64,000 bases of DNA from Phallusia mammillata. Taxonomy: Eukaryota. Shown here piece after piece: positions 59,711-64,000 of this stretch. Position numbers and translations under genes: made by a program. How positions within the stretch are numbered: the first letter of the stretch is position 1; the number at the start of each line of letters is the position of its first letter. The notes under the pieces were generated by a model. That model did not search any database, was not told the DNA's origin, and worked only from the letters and a program-made list of their open reading frames with translations. The DNA is taken from contig OZ281498.1 of assembly GCA_965637545.1 (NCBI GenBank), forward strand, positions 8,122,001 to 8,186,000. The letters run 5' to 3'.

Positions 59711-60476
59711 AAAGGAGCATTGCATACACTAATAGGTTGTAAGGTTTTGGAAACTTTGCCGACACATTTTTACATCGCAAAAATGAGAGCTCGAATCAAA
59801 TGTAGTTTGCAATTTTTGCGTTAATGACAAGTCGATATATGTAGAGCTACTAACACTATATCTCCCGTCAGACATATGTTTATCTCATTTTCGATAGGTG
59901 GCGCAAAGAAGTGAATTATTTATTAAGCAGCTGGAGAGGGGGAGGGTTAGGATGTAAGATTTAATAAATTATACTTTAGAAGAGGGTGCACGCACCGCTA
60001 TGGGGTACGAGAACTGTTCCTAGGGGGTGCGGGGATGCTGAATCATTAAGGTTGGTTAGGTCTATTCTATACAAGGAATTACAGAAGGGAGTGCGAAAAT
60101 TGGTGATTTGAAAGGGGTGCAGCAAGGATAAAGGTTAAGAACCACTGTTTAAACATCTTCCGTGTGACCTTTCAAGTGATACAACAACACCTCCGCGAAT
60201 TGCCCAAAGTTAATACTTTTCGTAACTATAAGCGCACACATGTAAGCATGCGTTTCGAATAAAAAACATACACTTTCAAAACACATTAGGTATACCACTG
60301 AACATACGATCTTTATTTGGAAAAAATGAAAGCAAATTTTACGAATAAATATTTCGATTAAGCTTGACAACGTTGTTATGCGCAAAACGCAGAAATAATT
60401 CTACGGAAATATCACCAAATGCTTTGCACAAAGTTATCGTAATTGTCATTGTGGTCCTAAAAATTATATATTTTTT

Positions 60477-61408
60477 TTAATTTTCGACACCAGCCTTTGC
60501 GTAGCCCACTGGCCCAACACCATTCCTATGTGCATCTGCTTTAACACCATTGCTCTGTACATCTGGTTCAATACCGTTGCTCTGTACATCTGTTTTAACA
60601 CCATTTCTTAGTACATCTGGTCCAGCACCATTCCTATGTGCATCTGCTTTAACACCATTGCTCTGCACATCTGGTTCAACACCGTTGCTCTGTACATGTG
60701 TTTTAACACCATTTCTTTGTACATCTGGTCCAACACCATTCCTCGGTTCATCGTTTTTAATACCATTTCTCTGTACATCTGGTCTAGTATCATTCCTTGG
60801 CACATCTGGTTTAACACCATTCCTCGGTGCATCTGTTTTAAAACCATTTCTCCGTACATCTGGTCCAGTACCATTCCTTGGTACATCTGGTTTAACACCA
60901 TTACTCAGTGCATTTGGTCCCACACCGTTCTTTGACTTAAGTTTTTCGTATCTAACAAAAAAAGAGTTTGTCAGTCCGTTGCCAATATTTAAACCAAAAA
61001 GTTGTCACTTAATAATCCAGATAAATTTAACCTAAATTTCTTGCTCAATCTTTAAAGAAACAACCTGGTAAACTTACATCCAACTGACGCTCCACATACA
61101 AAAAACATACTAAAAGCTCCGTACAATTCCAAATAACTTCTTCAACTTGGTCCCAGTAAAGTAACAAATAGAAACGAACGATATCCTGGAGTTAAATATA
61201 GCATTGATTAGTATCTGCTTTTAATGTGACAAATGCGCATAAACTATGTATGTACAAAGCCTATTTTGCTCCAATGCAGAACAACAGCATATGCTATACA
61301 CGTTTAAGGATTTTAAAGTTTTGCGTCAAACTAGTTTAGGCGTTTTTTTAGGTAAAAGAATCAAACTAAATGCACACACGGAGTACTTACCAAAACAATT
61401 TCCAACAT
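60477..61408 (-). CDS. Orphan protein B (192 aa), paralog of A with a 9-aa Asn-Gly repeat tail; exons 61408-61391, 61185-61100, 60951-60477
   Basis: MLEIVL|DIVRFYLLLYWDQVEEVIWNCTELLVCFL|YEKLKSK followed by about 16 NGVxPDVxR-type repeats; phases 0/2 identical to orphan A. Confidence 0.68.
60498..60930 (-). repeat. 27-bp coding minisatellite (about 16 units)
   Basis: Units such as aatggtgttaaaccagatgtaccaagg; includes a 4-unit (108-bp) higher-order duplication. Confidence 0.9.
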
Positions 61409-62033
61409 TTTTTAAAACCGCTTATCTCCAAGTAAAAATCACTAATTTTCTGAAAATAACAAACAAAACGTTTTCTGAAGAGAACAAACGCAACGCTAAA
61501 ATTTGTTTCCTATGCACCCAGTTCTGCGTTACATAGGCCAGCTGTTACACGAAATCAGCTTACACCAACGCCAAGAAAAGTCACAGAAAAGGTCTTTTAA
61601 ACTCGGCGCGTGACAAAAAGCGGGCCCCTGCAGTATTTTGCCTCATGTTTCACGAAAGGTAAATCCCCTCATAAATGTTTTCGGTACGAGCGGTGAACAT
61701 TACTTTCGAAAACCACCGTCATTTCGCCGAAATGAGTTTTGAACTTTTTTATGGGAAATTTTGCAATTGAACTGATTACCATATACCAGTTTCAAATTTT
61801 ATTTTTAGCTTACGACATAAATTATTATTTTATTTTGGTTTACGTCATAACTCGGATACGTCACTATGGCGTCATCATCGAATTATGCAGGCCTTCGTCA
61901 TTTTGCGAAATATTCATCGTAACGAGCCCAAACTTCATTCATGACGTCAACATGCCTTCTCATGAAATAAGCTATTGCTGCCAGGCATAATGTATGACGA
62001 AGTATTGCTCATCCAGCAGTTTTATTGTAAACA

Positions 62034-62075
62034 ATCGACGTTTCGACGTCCTGTACAAGACGCCTTCATCAGGAT
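62034..62075 (-). ncRNA. Penelope-type minimal type I hammerhead ribozyme motif
   Basis: Minus RNA: AUC-CUGAUGA-A-GGCGUCUU(GUAC)AGGACGUC-GAAA-CG-UC/GAU. 8-bp stem II, palindromic ACGU stem III, GUC triplet, AAUAAA just downstream. Confidence 0.7.
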
Positions 62076-63303
62076 AATGACATAACTTGCAGGACAAATT
62101 TCTTTTAAAGCGACAAAGTGTTTTGCATTTTGTCGGGCCGGAACATAATTTCGTTGTTCGTCAAACTTTTAAAAAACGTCAACTTTGATAGGCCCCCTTA
62201 AGAAAATGGAGCACATTGAAGTGCTAGGGGTGGTACGTTGTAGACATATTCGTCCGATTTTTATTGCTGAATTGGATAGTACCCTACTATATGTTCTTAA
62301 AACACTGGTCAAAGTTTTACTTTGAAAAAACGTTAAGTGAGATAGGCCCCCAAAAGCAAATTTGGTCATGTTTACCCACCTAGGGGGGTACGTTGTAGAC
62401 ATATTCGTCACTTTTTTATTTGAGAAATTGATAGTATACTAGTAGACCTTTTGCAAACAACTGTCAAAATCGTGCCTTCGGGGCCGGAACAAAACATTAA
62501 CTTGCGATATAATAGACCTTGCTTTCACTGTACCACTCATTTGTATTCATTTTTGTCGTAAATCAATAGTTTTCAGACAGATTTTGTTTTTGAAATATTG
62601 TTTGTTGCTGAAAATGGAACGAATTTGTGATTTGCTTTCTTGTAATCGAGGATTTGCTGCGAATGGCAGAATTCAACCGTTATGTGGTAAACTGTGTAAG
62701 AAAAAAATTTCGTCTAAAACTTTTTCGAGTTCTATTTCGGCGAAATGACATTTGTTTTTGAAAACAATAAAATGTTAACTGGTAGCGCAAAGCAATGCCC
62801 AGTAGACTGTTACAACATTCCCTGACACACGACCTATTTTGTTCTCTAACATTTGAAGAGGTATTTCACCAGTTAAGGGAAATATAAACAAACAAACCAA
62901 TGAAATCAGGTCTAAATTAAAACCCTTAAATTCCCGAATACGCCTGCTGCTCTCAAACCAAGGTACATGATTAAAGGTTTTGGCACAAAACAAAGCAATG
63001 ATATTTCCAGTATTTCTAGAGCTCAACCATTCAAATGTTGTCAACACATTTTGTCATTTTGTTTTTTCTTTGTGTACAAACGAATAAAACAAAACTGACT
63101 GACTGCATTGCCTAAAGAGCACATGCCGATTTTGTAATGTGGCGTCCAGTTAATACTTTTACCATACTACAAGTGACAAACACCTTCTGTCGGCAAAGTT
63201 TGTTCCTACATCGAGACATATTTTAATGGTTTGTTTTGCGACGTCGCACCACAGTATTAAAAACTTGCTGAACATGGTGTAATATCTCTTTATTGTGCTT
63301 GAG

Positions 63304-63795
63304 CAGTGGTTCCCAACCTTTTTGTAGTCACGGACCCCTTTTGTAAATTTTATACGCCTGCGGACCCCCAATGTATTTTACAGGAAGTCTTTGTTTTTTG
63401 TTTCTTGTATTATACATATATTATCGTTTTTAGGCAGCATTTTAATCAACCTTCACAGTCCTTAAATCTCAATGACATTATGTACTGTAGAAGTCAATCC
63501 AAGAAAGAGATAAATTTTCTAGTGTACAAAACATGAAACAAAGCACTATAAAATTCATTGTTGATGTGTGTTGTGATGCCACAATGGAGATAACAATCAC
63601 AAAAATGTAATATTTCCTAATGCAAAGGTTTGATAAACAATCTGCACTCATAAGCAGGATTGCAGAAACGGTTTAAAAACTTACAAATATGTTCTTGTTG
63701 GTTAATGCTACTACAAGTGTTTGCCTCCACGGACCCCCTAAAACCATCTCACGGACCCCTTGGGAGTCCGTGAACCCCAAGGTTGGGAACCACTG
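63304..63795. mobile_element. hAT-type MITE (cggacccc subterminal repeats)
   Basis: Perfect 16-bp TIR cagtggttcccaacct; perfect TSD tgcttgag. Confidence 0.9.
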
Positions 63796-64000
63796 TGCTT
63801 GAGCCTTTACCAGTTGGGCCGCAATGGCGTTATATGACATCACAAACAATAATATGTAAAGTAGTCTTGTGGAATACAGTATCAGTTTACCCTGCGCGTT
63901 TCGTAATCGTTACACATAGGTCTGCTTTTGGTAAGTCACAAAGATAGATGGTGTTTTAACCTGCGCCGAAATAGTTGGTAAGTGTGGTGGTTTATCTTCG

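Noticed and set aside
60498-60930. CRISPR-like array
   Set aside because: Contiguous degenerate tandem units with no unique spacers, eukaryotic context and no cas genes.
60550-61035. Plus-strand Cys/Thr-rich 161-aa ORF and other frames over the minisatellite
   Set aside because: Shadow ORFs of the 27-bp repeat; only the minus NG frame has a phase-matched acceptor and a paralogous upstream exon.
62775-63047. 90-aa minus ORF as an upstream exon of orphan B
   Set aside because: No recognisable motif or convincing donor, and orphan B already has an ATG exon.

Overview
AT-rich, intron-rich invertebrate eukaryotic DNA. Compact genes, many hAT-type MITEs and a chordate-like gene set suggest an ascidian/tunicate (inference). 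Gene models were spliced by hand using GT-AG sites and phase: 3' end of TMEM201/Samp1 (+), NTMT1 (+), DCAF8 (-), RPRD2 (+), cytosolic threonyl-tRNA synthetase TARS1 (+), an extended MRPL57/mL63 (-), a CUB-CUB-ZP-EGF-TM (CUZD1-like) gene (+), and two small paralogous orphan genes (-). Most notable: (1) the ThrRS appears to carry an in-frame N-terminal eEF1B-type GST-C-like domain, with a second ATG giving the conventional short form; (2) a 5-kb TARS1 intron hides an antisense 8-exon gene for a ~618-aa type III transmembrane adaptor with many tyrosine motifs (two PAG1/Cbp-like YA[S/T]VNK, YxN, PPPY); (3) Penelope-type minimal hammerhead ribozyme motifs; (4) a circularly permuted ~340-bp repeat with an internal tRNA-like Pol III unit; (5) a tandem orphan gene pair sharing an 86-nt hydrophobic exon but with unrelated tails. 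No CRISPR, rRNA or bona fide tRNA genes were seen.
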